Under the pieces are notes generated by a model. That model did no database searches, was not told the DNA's origin, and worked only from the letters and a program-made list of their open reading frames with translations. Positions 41,723-54,462 of a stretch of DNA of 64,000 bases are shown in pieces (the first letter of the stretch is position 1; each line of letters starts with the position of its first letter). Made by a program: the position numbers and the translations under genes. This stretch comes from Octopus sinensis (Eukaryota): contig NC_043011.1 of the NCBI RefSeq assembly GCF_006345805.1, positions 52,774,464-52,838,463 on the forward strand, written 5' to 3'.

Positions 41723-42447
41723 CTTGCACATTATGTACTTAGAGTAAGACACATTCCTCGGCTAACCTTTGTCAAATTAACCTGGGGAAGGGTCTGTACA
41801 GGATGCCTATTTTTACTTTATGGATGAATGGTTAATGCTATGAGAGATATCCAGTAGCTAATAAATAAACAAAAAGCACTTTCAACATCTAATAAAAAGT
41901 CTCTGAACTTGCAAAGCCATCCAATGTATGTAAAACAGCATGAAAAATATGCAAATACACACTCACATACACACACAGTAAAGTGAACTAAATTATTTTT
42001 ATACAGTCAAAAAAAATACAAGATAACCATCACTCCTTATTCATGTGAAAATATGATAAAAAAAAAAAGAGTGTTTTAAAATTCTTTATCAGACCACATG
42101 GACTAATGAACAAAACATTTCTTTAAACCTGATTAATTTTCTAAAATGTACTTTTAAGAAACTTTCCAAAATGTTAATTATAGATTTTGTTATGTTGTTA
42201 CTACTGCAGCTACTACCTCCTAAACCCTGCACCTCAACCACCCAACCTTTGCAACTATATTCACTACACACATTTCATTCATCTCTTATCACATTATTCA
42301 CACTCCAACACAACCACCACAGTTACATACACACATACATTACCATCACAACCACTATTCCAAACAAATCACACTCAATGAACTGAATGTAATTCCTGAA
42401 ATATGAAAGAGCTCAATTTTCAGGTGTGTTAAGTACAGATAATACAC

Positions 42448-42530
42448 CTTGTTATCATCTCCATAAATGTTGATATAACTCTTGCATATTGCAGGGAAGT
42501 TTCTGACAACACGTTCACAGATAACACCAA
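42448..42530 (-). CDS. Coding exon (83 nt, phase 1-0): (V)GVICERVVRNFPAICKSYINIYGDDNK
   Basis: Acceptor gttgtttttaaaag| and donor AAG|gtgtat. Reads in frame into KEFQDQMKQK of the next exon. Confidence 0.7.
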
Positions 42531-44685
42531 CTTTTAAAAACAACTCTTTCCACCTCACCCTCTCTCTCCGTAACCATTGGTTTCTAGTTTCTTTTCTATA
42601 TATTTCTATATATCTTCTTGGTTATATCAAGCCTTAAGATGGTAGTAGAACTTAACAGATACTTCTGTTAAGTTCTATAGTGGTTCTTAAACAGTATTAA
42701 AGATAGCTGTCATTTCATGGGTTGTGAGTTCTAATCCACAGTAAAGAATTTCACAGCGTATATGGAGAAACATTTTGTTCTCATTGCTTCAGTTCACTTA
42801 ATTAGTGGAAACATGTACCAGAATGTTAGGAAATGAAACTTGCAAGAGATTGGAAATCTGTCTGGAAGAAGATTAGTTTTGCATCCATGAATTCTTTGGA
42901 GAAAAAAAAATTAATATTGGCCACAGGGACTCCTAAGACTTATAAAAAGAACGAGCATATTGCTAAAACTTGGTTTCCCATTAAATTTCAGTTGAACAAT
43001 TTAACAAATGCACCAATGAGGGAGCCAGAAGCCTCAACAGTCATCTGGACTTCTAACAAAAACACTGATATTATTAACCTTAAATTTTCAAAGCTACTAT
43101 CTTAAAAAGGAGCAAATTTACTGTAGAAATCATTTCTGAAACCTGAATATTCTTGAAAAGAAGACAAGATGCCTACTACTAGATCAGCTACAAAACAATA
43201 GTACAATCAGTACTTAGCTGTAACTGTTTTTTTTTTTTTTTTTCATTACAATACACTAATCTGCTTGAAACCACAAAAAATTCCACAGTAAACCTAGCCA
43301 TGCTATAGTACCACAAAATGATACAATAAAAGTTTAAAGCCATTATACAACAGATTATATATATATATAAATAAAAACAAATTAGTTTATTTGAAACATC
43401 AATTTTTTTATACTAATGTACAAAACAAAATAAAAATGTTTGCTAAACATCTGAACAGACTATTTTGAAAATAAAACTGAAACTCATAAAGAAAGTAGTC
43501 TCACTAGAGATATTGTCAGTTAATCATAATAGATAGGAAACTGTGTTCAACTCTGGTTTCTGTAATATTAGATAGATGAGAGTTAAATATCCTGTTGGAT
43601 ATAATACTAGCCCAGAGCGAAAAGTTATCGCTAACATGTCTGCTCACTGTTAAAGCATGGTGATCATTTTGCAGATATCTTACTAATATACACTTGTAGC
43701 AATATTTTCTGAGTTTACTAACTACTCAATAGTACAAAGTGTGTGTGTGTGTGTGTGTGTTTTCTGTATGCTACTGTGAAGTTCACAAAGATTATTACAA
43801 AATACAGGGAATATATCACTGTGTGCATGTGACCCCCACCATCAGCAATTCCTGGAATTGTCACACAGCTGATAAGTTCCCCAGCAGTTTTTTTTTTTTT
43901 GTATAGATAATATTCTTGTTACATCAGTCTTGTTCAAATAATTTGATTTTGTTATTTTCATCATTTTGTTTCCTTCTCAACAATAGAGAACAATTTTGTG
44001 CTTTAAAGATAAAAATGTTGTTGTTAATAATAATAATATTTTTAGACATTATATACGAATATATGATATTTATACATTACAAAAACTGAAAAATTCCTTG
44101 GAATGTAAAAAAAAAAAAAAAACCAAATGATAAGAATGGTATTTTTTAAAATTATTTTCAAATTAAAAAATAAAAAAACAAATACAACAACAATTCGTTA
44201 TTTTTTTTTTTTCTCTGAGAAGTTTGTTTGATCAAAGAAAGATGTAAATAATGTATAAAGCAAGCACCATTATCCAGAACAATCCAGAATGTAGAGGAAG
44301 GAAAAAATAAGAGATAAATTGCAACTGTGTTGTACAAACCAGCTTTGAAATTGTGAAGTTGCCAATAAAGAATGCATAGACAGAATCAAATACAAGAATC
44401 AGAAGAGAAATAGAAGAAAGAAAGAAAAACTAGATTAAGAGATGAAAATTTAGAAGAAAGCACATAAAATGAAATATAAGATGCTAAAAAAATAATAACT
44501 AGAGAAATAAGATATATATTATATTATAAATATATATATCAGCTGTATATATATTATATATATATATATATATAATTACTAAAATGTATTTGTGAGCTGA
44601 TTAGATATCATAAAAAATGAAAAAGCATTTAATGGTTAGGGGGTAGGAGAATGGAGATCATTAAAGTAGAAATAATAATAATAAT

Positions 44686-45870
44686 AATCCTTTCTACTAA
44701 AGGCGCAAGGCCTGAAATTTGGGTGGAGGGGACTAGTCAATTACATCGACCATAACATCTCACTGGTAATTTATCAACCCCAAAAGGATGAAAGGCAAAG
44801 TGGACCTCAGCAGAATTTGAAATCAGAACGTAAAGACAGTTGAAATGCTGCTAAGCATTTTGCCCGGCATGCTAATGATTCTGCCAGCTTACTGCCTAAT
44901 AATGGTTTCAAATTTTGGTACAAGCCCGGCAATTTCAAGGGAGGAGTAAGTCAATTACATTGATCCCGGTACTCTGCTGGTACTTTATCGACCCCAAAAA
45001 GAGGAAAGGCAATGTTGACCACTGCAGGATTTGAACACAGATCATGAAAAGGTTATAGCTATATATTGCAATGTATTTTGTCCAACTGCTAATGGCTCTG
45101 TCAATCTACTGCCCTAATAATAATAATAATATTAATAATAATCCTTTCTACTGTAAGCACAAAGCATGAAATTGGGGGGAAGGGATTAAGTTGATTACAT
45201 TGACCCCAGTACTCAACTGGTACTTATTAATCGATCCTGAAAAGACGAAAGGCAAAGTCGACCTTGGTAGAGTTTGAACTCAGAACATAGTGACAGACAA
45301 AATATAACTAAGCATTTTGTCTGGTATGCTAATGATTCTGCCAGCTCACTGCCTTAATAATGATAATAATAATAATAATAATCCTTTCTACAATAGGCAT
45401 AAGCCTGAAATTTTGAAGAAAAAAGGGGGGGGTTAGTTACATCAATACCAGTACTTGACTAGTACTTATTTCATTAACCCTGAAGGGATGACAGGAAAAG
45501 TCAACCTTGGCAGCATTTGAACTCAGAATGTAAAGACAGACGAAATACCATCAATCATTTTGCCTAGCATACTAATAATTCTGTCAGCTCACTCCCATAA
45601 TAATAATAATATTAATAATGATTTCAAATTTTGGCACAAGGCCAGCAAGTTCGGAAGAGGGGGGTAAGTTGATTATATCAATCCCAGCGATCAACTGGTA
45701 CCCTTCTTATCAACCCTGAAAGGATGAAAGGCAAAGTTGACATCGATGGAATTTGGACTCAGAAAGTAAAGACAAAACGAAATACCACTAGGCAAAAGCC
45801 CAGCATGCTAACAATCCTGTCAGCTTGCCACTTTAATAATAACAACAGCACAAGGCCAGGAAATTTTGTG
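44686..45870 (-). mobile_element. Head-to-tail array of five family-B SINEs plus a stub, separated by (AAT)n
   Basis: Copies at about 44689-44898, 44899-45115, 45141-45355, 45380-45597 and 45618-45835. Confidence 0.85.
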
Positions 45871-45954
45871 ACATTGTTAAGATCCCCTCCTATACTTGGC
45901 TAGCATAGTATACAGCGTATTGACCTTTTGAAAGATAACTAAAAAACAATTTTG

Positions 45955-46240
45955 TTCTTTATTTGGCCGTTGCCAGCCTCGCCTGGCTCCCATGCCGGTG
46001 GCACGTAAAAAGCACCATCCGTCCGTGGCCGTTCGCCAGCTCCGTCTGGCACCTGTGCGGGTGGCATGTAAAAAGCACGCACTACACTCACAGAGTGGTT
46101 GGCATTAGGAAGGGCATCCAGCCGTAGAAACACTGCCAGATCAGACTGGGCCTGATGCAGCCTTCTGGCTTCACAGACCCCAGTTGAACCGTCCAACCCA
46201 TGCTAGCATGAAAAGCGGATGCTAAATGATGATGATGCTG
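45955..46240 (+). mobile_element. RTE-type 3' tail fragment with internal repeats
   Basis: GGAAGGGCATCCAGCCGTAGAAA domain and (GAT)n tail. Confidence 0.75.
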
Positions 46241-46295
46241 ATGATGATTGATATTCCAATTATTATTATTATTATAACCTGCAATGTTAGAGTAC

Positions 46296-46386
46296 CATGT
46301 AACCCATTAGTATGTCGGGTTTTTGAATGAAAAAGCTCATTTAAATGCAGCTTAACTTTTGAAACTGCTTGAACCAAGTTCATAGT
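46296..46386 (-). CDS. Probable exon (phase 0 start): TMNLVQAVSKVKLHLNELFHSKTRHTNGLH; 3' boundary uncertain (46296 or 46279)
   Basis: Strong acceptor tttatgctaatacttcag|. The donor G|gtactc (phase 1) would match the phase-1 start of the 42530 exon. The alternative CAG|gttata is phase 0. Confidence 0.5.
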
Positions 46387-49024
46387 CTGAAGTATTAGCA
46401 TAAAGTGAGAGGATGAGGGAACAGAGGAAGAACTATTGGAAGTGTGCAGAGAGAATAGAGGAGGAGTCAATGTTGTTACATGATTAACTGAGCACCAGTA
46501 ATTTTAAAAGAATGGCATAGTAAGAAGAGTGAATAGCAGAACCAAGTAAAGAAAAGGTTTAACAGTACAGTCAAGTAAAGAGAAAAGTCAGTATTATAGC
46601 CAGAGAACGAGAAGGGTCAATGTTGTATCAAGAGAATATCAATATTGTAGTTAGATAAAAAGAATAAAACAGCATGCTCAATATTGTAGCCAGGTAAAGA
46701 GAATACCAAGACAGGTTCAATACTGAAGCCAAGTAAGATAAGTTCTATATTTATAGCCAAGGACCATGGAGTAGAAGTAAGCTCTCAGTCAGTCTACAAT
46801 TTTGTATCAATGCTCAAATGTATTTCACTTCATCTACATCACTAATGGCATTATAAATCTATATAAGAAATCAATATCAAACTCTAACAAATATCCACAA
46901 CTGGTATGTTGTCACAGATAGTAGTTACATCACGAAGTACTTGGTTATGCTCAATATATATTTTACTTTAACAGAAGCACTATGGTACAAGTAATACTAT
47001 AGTATAATACTATAATCTTATAAAGACACTACATTGGGTAACAGGATACAAACAATACTACACCTATGATTTATAGTGATATATCTAATACTAAGGCTTC
47101 ATATAGAGATTACTACAGTATATACTCTGCACAACAATTTGTGTAAGATATAAGACAGAAAGAGATATTGAACGAAGCTGCTACTGCAGCCTTCTATGTA
47201 TTGTTTGTGATTAAGAATGTAAATATATTATCAGCTTTATTTTAAAAAATTAGGAAAGCAATTTAATGTCAGAGGAAATAAACAGAGATGAAGTTAAATT
47301 TTAACTAGAAATTTCTATTGACACAGCGAAGTGGTTTTTAATGCAGGATCAATACAAAGAAGAAAAAAAAACTATCTGAATTACCTCAGATGCACTGAGT
47401 AAACAGCTATAATTAACTGGGCTACTTCAATTTGTTGGATAAACAACTCAAAATATTTAAAAATATAACAATTTCATTGGATAAACAGCTTCAAATTATC
47501 CAGACTGCCACAATATTTTTTTTGAATCACAAGATTCCATAGTTCTGATGCTTGTTTTCATTTTCCACAGCATTAAATGCATGAGAGATCAATCTCTTCT
47601 GGGACTGGTTGCTAGTCTACTGTAAGTAGCTTTCTCTACAGGAGAAATGGAACTTAATACTGCAGGTCAATGAAATACTCATCATAACAGTGCCATTGTT
47701 ACTGACTGAATAATTATTCTATTTAGGGTGCCAATCTAGTGTTTAGTGGAATTGGCTATTGAATGGATAAGGCCTCCCAGCCCCCTACAATGAGTTTCTG
47801 AAATCCTTTGGTTCAGTCATCCAAGCTCATTCAAATTATTGATAGATTCAGTATCATTGACTAAACAGTGTATAGTAAAGAACCCATAGTCTGAAGATTC
47901 TTTTAAGATTTCCTAATATAACCAAAAAAGAATACAAATGAGGTTCTTGAAAAGAAATCCTCATAACTATAACTACGGATACAAAGATTTGCCATGAAAA
48001 CATTCAGTTCAAATAATAACTGAAGTATTTCACTTTGCTGCAGCAACTGGCTGTTTCATAAATTTGTTGTTTGTGAAATTCAACTGAAGTAGAATTGAAA
48101 CATTTGAAATAACAAGCATTAAAAATGTAACTATAAGGTAGCATTGAAACTGTTGTAAATTATCTAACTAGCTTCCAGCCTTGAGCTGTGGCCATGATGG
48201 AGTATAGTTACAGTTCAAAGATTACATAGACCTTAACTTCAAGCATTTAGTTTACCCTTGAAAGGGTGAAAAGTAAAGCAGGCCAAGGTGGGGTTTGAAC
48301 TCAGAATATAAAATGGTATAATAAAAAATCACAAGGTTTTTGTTCACACACACACACACAATGAAAGTAATAAAGTTAATGAAAAATAAAGGGTCTTGAT
48401 TGAACAACATATGGAGTAGCCCAACCCACAATGGCAGGATTATGAATGCTCTTAAGATCAAAGATCAAACAATATGAAGGACATTCATTGACAATATGTT
48501 GCCAATGAAATCACTTCTAATTTGGTTAGTTTTACTTTTTTTCTTCCTTGTTATTAGAAATAAGTCAAATTTTAAAACTGCTGATAATAAAAGGAAACAG
48601 TAAACAAATAATAATAAGAATAACTGCAAAACAAGAACCACAATGCTAACAAGAACAACAAGCTGGACTGTTAGACAGCAACACACCTGACCATCATTGA
48701 GCAGAATTTATAGAAGTGTGTAATTATACCAGCACTACTCCTACTAGCTATGTCTAGTTGTGTTATTATTGTAATTGCAAAAATAGTTCTAAGAATATGT
48801 AGATGTATAAAGAGAACCGGATGACTGATTTGTAGAGGAATGGGGGAACATTTCTGGCATGTTGTGTTTAGGCAGAGAAACTAGGCAGTTAAGTTTGTTA
48901 TGATGATCAGGGTTTTAGTAACTGTCACAGGATTAAAGAAAATAGAACAAATAGCAACATGCAAGTCATAATTGGTTGCGATAACTGTTGTTGCTAGCTG
49001 ACGACAGAAAGGTTTTCAGTTTAC

Positions 49025-49057
49025 CTCCTCAGGGTCTTCATCAGGATCGATGTACTC
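49025..49057 (-). CDS. Coding microexon (33 nt, phase 0-0): EYIDPDEDPEE
   Basis: Acceptor gagtttcag| and donor GAG|gtaaac. Acidic open frame in otherwise non-coding context. Confidence 0.75.
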
Positions 49058-50034
49058 CTGAAACTCACCAGAAATAAAACTTCTCAATGCGTGTATGTGA
49101 GTGTGTGTATGTAGGCAGATATAGATGTAGAAAGAAATGGAGTGATATATACATTATATATATATATATATAAAGAGAGAGAAGAGTACTGATTTATTTA
49201 GACTGGAGGAAAAGTCAGAATCATGATTTTCAGATTAAAATATTCACAAAAATGAAAGTTCTAGATTTCTTCACTGTTGTCTCTGAAATCAAGAAAATTA
49301 AGAGGAGGGAGATGAGGAATAAAGAAAAACACACTTTAAATCTACATAAGTTTTACAAAAAAAAAATTTTTTTTTAATAGGCAATTCCAGAAATAATCTA
49401 AATTCTACAGAAAAAAACAGGAGCAGGAAGATAAAGTTAATGGTTAGTGAAACTTAAACTAAACTACATTTCACAAAAATTAAAAGTCCAAATACTGCAA
49501 GAGAAAACTCGATTTAAGGTGATATTATATTATCATAAATTGATCAAACAATTTAAAAACCAATGGCAAATGACACACAATAAACTATCTTATAATCTCT
49601 AGTTGCAGGCTCGTTGACATAAGAAAATACGAAGAAAACAAAATGTTATAAGAAATGAAAAACTCATTAGGTTTCAATATCATTTGGAAAATTTATTCTT
49701 TCATTAAAATTTTTTTTTTTGTGTGTGTGATAAAGAAAAAAAAAATTATTTCGTGCAGTATTCTAATTATATCTCTGAGTATGTTATTTATATTTTTGCA
49801 GTTATCTATGTATTAAAATAAACCTCTTTAATGAGGTGTAATCATTGTTAATCTAGTGTATAATGCTAATTACATTGCTATTTGCAATTTTGCAATAATA
49901 ATCAGATATAGCTCTGTAACTGAGGAACTAATTGCAGTGTAAGATAGATAGCAGAAACATGCTTCAAAAATTCTACAGTTCAATTATACAGTCACTGTAT
50001 TACATACACATCTCCATCTCTCTCATATATATAT

Positions 50035-50592
50035 ATCATCATTTAATGTCTGCTTTCCATGCTGGCATGTGTTAGACAGTTTGACTGGAACTGGTAAACC
50101 AGAGAGTTGCATCAGATTCCAATCAGATTTGACGTGGTTTCTACAGCTGGATGCCCTTCCTAATGCCAATCACTCCAAGTGTGTTGTGGGTGCTTTTTAC
50201 GTGCCACCAGCATGCATGCTATTTACATCACACCTGTAACAGTCACGACTATGATTTAACAGGTGCCATTTAGATGACACTGGCAACGGTCACAAATGTG
50301 GCTTCACTTGGCTTGACAAGTCTTCTCAAGCATAGCATAGCACCAAAGGTCTCAGTCACTTGTCATCGCTTCTATGAGGCTCAACATTTGAAGATCATGC
50401 AACCGGCAATGGCCACAATTACAATTTCACGGGTGCCATTTACATGACACCAGCAACAGCCATAACACTTGGCTTGATGAGTCTTCTCAGCATATCACCA
50501 AAGGTCTCAGTCACAAGTCATTGCCTCCATGAGGCCCAACATTCAAAGACCATGCTTCACCACCTCATCCTATGTCTTCCTGGGTCTACCTG
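50035..50592 (-). mobile_element. RTE LINE 3' end with tandem duplication of the ORF2 terminus
   Basis: Minus strand reads GRPRKT*DEVVKHGL*MLGLMEAMTCD*DLW, an RTE C-terminal motif. A ~165-bp segment is duplicated, followed by the GGAAGGGCATCCAG domain and (GAT)n tail. Confidence 0.7.
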
Positions 50593-52651
50593 AATTGGCC
50601 AGCTACAACTTAATTCTGGTTCTCTAACTCCCAACTAAAATTATATATTTTGTTAAATTTCCTAAATCCTAATATGATTTCAAAATTTGAGTGCCACTAA
50701 TATTGCTTATGGATTTGCTGAAATAGTGCCAGATCTATAACCATCACCCCAGAATGCTTACAAATTTTGATAAAAAGAAAAATGATTTGGACAAAACACT
50801 ATTAATGTTGTCTGTGAAAAAAATTTTCCGTCATTTTCAAAAATGTACTCAAGACTAAAAATATCAAATAATTACTGTGATGAGAATATGATTTACAGCT
50901 CAGTCGTTAACATCTTACTACAGGAAACAAAAATCAAAGAACATGTGAGAAAAGAACTACTCAATATTAGCTGGGATCTATATTATGTAACAAGTATTGT
51001 TAAGAGAAAGAGAATCCAAAACACACTCTTATTAGTCTAATAATAATAATAATGATAATAATAATCATTAATAATCATAAGGATTTCTTCATTTTCATTT
51101 ACTGGGCAATACTTACAGGAATACTTTCAAAATTGTTTAAAACCTGAAAAATAACTTTAGAAATTGTAATAACTAGTGATTCATTATGTATTAAACATTA
51201 TGATGTCCAATTTGAGATAGAAAAACAGCGACAGGTACACATGATAGAACTCAAACTGCATAATATTGCTCAATGGACAACATCATTACCAATTACATTA
51301 TTGAATATGTGCCATTCTCTCCTCTCAAACTAGCAATTAATACCTTTCAGGTATAGTAGAACAATTTAATAACGTAATTAACAAAAACAATAATGGTTCA
51401 TGAACAAATTGTAGTTATGGTGGGGGTGGTAGGTATAGTAGTGAATGTATATGTGTGTGTGTGTAATTCCAAAGTATACGGTGGGTAGTGAAACAAGATA
51501 TCTTTTATTGCTTCAGTCATTTGATTGAGGCCATGCTGGGTACCATCTTGAAGGGTTTAGTGAAACAATTCAACCCCTGTACTTATTTTTTAAGTTTGAT
51601 ACTTATCCGATCAGTCTCTTTCGCTGACCTGCAAAGTTATAGAGGCATAAACAAACCTACACAACTTGTCAAGTGATGGTGGGGGAACACACACACACAC
51701 ACATACAAAGGACTCTATAATAGAAGACATTTGGCCAAGGTTCCACAAAGTGGGACTGAACCTGAAACCACATGGAATCAAGGTGAGCTCCTTAACTACA
51801 TAGCTGTGCCTGCTAATAATTATATTATTAATCTTATGTATTTATAAGTGTACAAAATCTTGCTGTGGAAACTATATTGGAGGTTAAAAGCTAAGTTAAA
51901 GAGAACACAAAACAAGGAAGTGAGCTGCTAAAAGGATTGAGAATTGGACTATCATAATACTGAGTCTCCCTAGATTCTCTTTATACCAAGCATACTTTTC
52001 ACATATGCATTAATATTAATTAAGAACTATATACACATCCTGTTATTTACAAAATATGGTGATGATTTGAAAAACATCAAGATTAATTATATATTTCATC
52101 ACACAGTCTATGGCATAACCTATCAAGCATATATAAATATATTTAGCGTTACTGTGGTAAAGTTGTGTTGGGCTGACTCAAACAGCATCCAGCCATTACA
52201 TATATCCAGAGAGAACAAAGGATGGCAAATGTTCTAATCTCTGTGGGATTTTAAATGTGCATAACTTTAGTTATATATATATATATATATATATATACAA
52301 AATTTAAAGGACTGACCACTCAAAAAGTGGACGGTCAACATGCTAGATATAGACATCAAATCGCTATTTTCCACAAAGAATATGTTCTCAAATAAAAACT
52401 CAGCACAAAGCCAAAGCATTAAAAATAAGCTTAAATTTTGTATGTAAAAATATTTTAATCTTCGGATTTTTTAATATGCTGGGCCACTGGTTTTAATTGA
52501 TTAATATCAAATTCTACCCTTATTAAATTTTAAATTATATATATATATGTGTGTGTGTGTGAGTGTGTGTGTGTGTGTGGTAGGATTAATCTGTGAAAAA
52601 GATAAGAGAAAGGATATAACACAACTTTTTGTTTTTAAAAATAGATCTGGC

Positions 52652-52720
52652 CTTGAGATTGTTAATTTTCAGCATGTCCTCCATCATTGAATATACAAAC
52701 AATGCTGCAATCCTGAAGTT
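52652..52720 (-). CDS. Probable exon (69 nt, phase 0-0): NFRIAALFVYSMMEDMLKINNLK, needing a GC donor
   Basis: Acceptor catatttttag| and a protein-like frame reading into EYIDPDEDPEE. The only in-phase donor seen is AAG|gccaga, which is non-canonical. Confidence 0.45.
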
Positions 52721-53011
52721 CTAAAAATATGTCTCATAGCTCTAGGACAATGTTTAGTTGAATAAACCGTAGTCTTTCCATGAAGTCATGAAAGAATGAA
52801 GTTATTTTAATAAACAATTACTATACAATAATAATAATAATAATACCAATTTTGAATGACATTGATAAACTAGAAACATCAGGTTTCTAAATGTTCTCAA
52901 CAGATTAATTCCATCATATACAGAACTAAAGTTATAAAAAATGAAAATTGCACTAAAACTTTATATTAATCCTGTAAACATATATATATATATATATGCA
53001 AATATGTACAA

Positions 53012-53042
<31 letters not shown>

Positions 53043-53217
53043 AAATATATACATACATTTTATATATATATATATATATATTTATAATGTTATATAATAT
53101 GTATATTTTACGTATGTATGCGTGTGTATATGTATATATATATATATAATGTTATATAATGTGTATATTTTATGTATGTATGTGTGTGTGTATATATATA
53201 TATGTACATATTTGAAT

Positions 53218-53260
<43 letters not shown>

Positions 53261-54462
53261 TATATATACACACACACACACTCACACATGCTGCTCATAT
53301 ACAAACAATATTTATATAAGTAGAGTTTGCTTATGAGAAGCAAGAGTACTTAAGCATATGAAGAAGAAACCACTTCATATTCTACACTAAAAAGAAAAAA
53401 ATATGTGAACCATTGTTACTAAATACATATAAGGTTGTTATTTAAAATTCTGCAAATAACATCTGAATCTTAACAGAGAATGAAAAGTGTGTGTATTTGG
53501 TTTTTCTTTGTTCTAGCAGTAAAATGATAGATTGAGCGATCAAATCCAGACATTTTATAAGGTTTCATACAGACTTGAGGTGGAAGTGCAAGGATCCTGA
53601 TAGTATATATTGTTATGTGTAATGGCTAGAGATCTTTTTTCCTCTACACTCAGGTCCGACACAATAATTCTCACACAATAGATGAACTGTGTTCACTTCA
53701 GAAAAGAATGGAAAAGAAATCAGCTGGTATTGTAGATGATAAGTGATGTTAAGATAGGGAGAAGTTTCATTTTGATATGTCAGGAATATTGGTAGTGTCA
53801 ACAAATGATGTATTCATATATTTGTGGAGGAAAATAGAAGTTCAATATATGTGAACAACAGCAGATTTCATCATCATTTCAAACAACTATTAGTAGGAAA
53901 AGTAAAAGTAAATCAGTAAGTTGAGATAAGGAAAGAAAAAGAATATTAAAACACTACTATCTTGTTCTCATTCTCTTTCTCTCTCTTTCCACACACATAC
54001 ACATAGATTTAAATATATAGAAAAACATTATGAATAAAATGTACGTGCATTGTTTAAATCCCAGAACATGCAGTTTTTCATCTGGGAGAAAAATCCCTTA
54101 AAAGATGTATAGTGCTAAAAAAAAATAATATACTTTAGAACGAGATCAAACGAAATTATTTTGGAAGTGACCACATGAGCAACAGATATATATTTCAATG
54201 TAGCCATGGCTTATCATCCATAAATTTATACATCATACGAGAAGGGTGGTCACTAACTTTGAAGTTTTGGTCTGCTAACCTGCATCAGGCAATCTAATTA
54301 ATGAAGGCTAACAGGATGAAACTTCGAAGGTACTGTCACTACTCTCCTTATGAAAGTATAAATATGTACTCTACAAAATGTATTGAACAATTCTACAGTT
54401 TAATGTATAATTGTTTTTATTGTAACTTGTCATAAAAACAAACATGTGTGTGTGTGTGTGTG

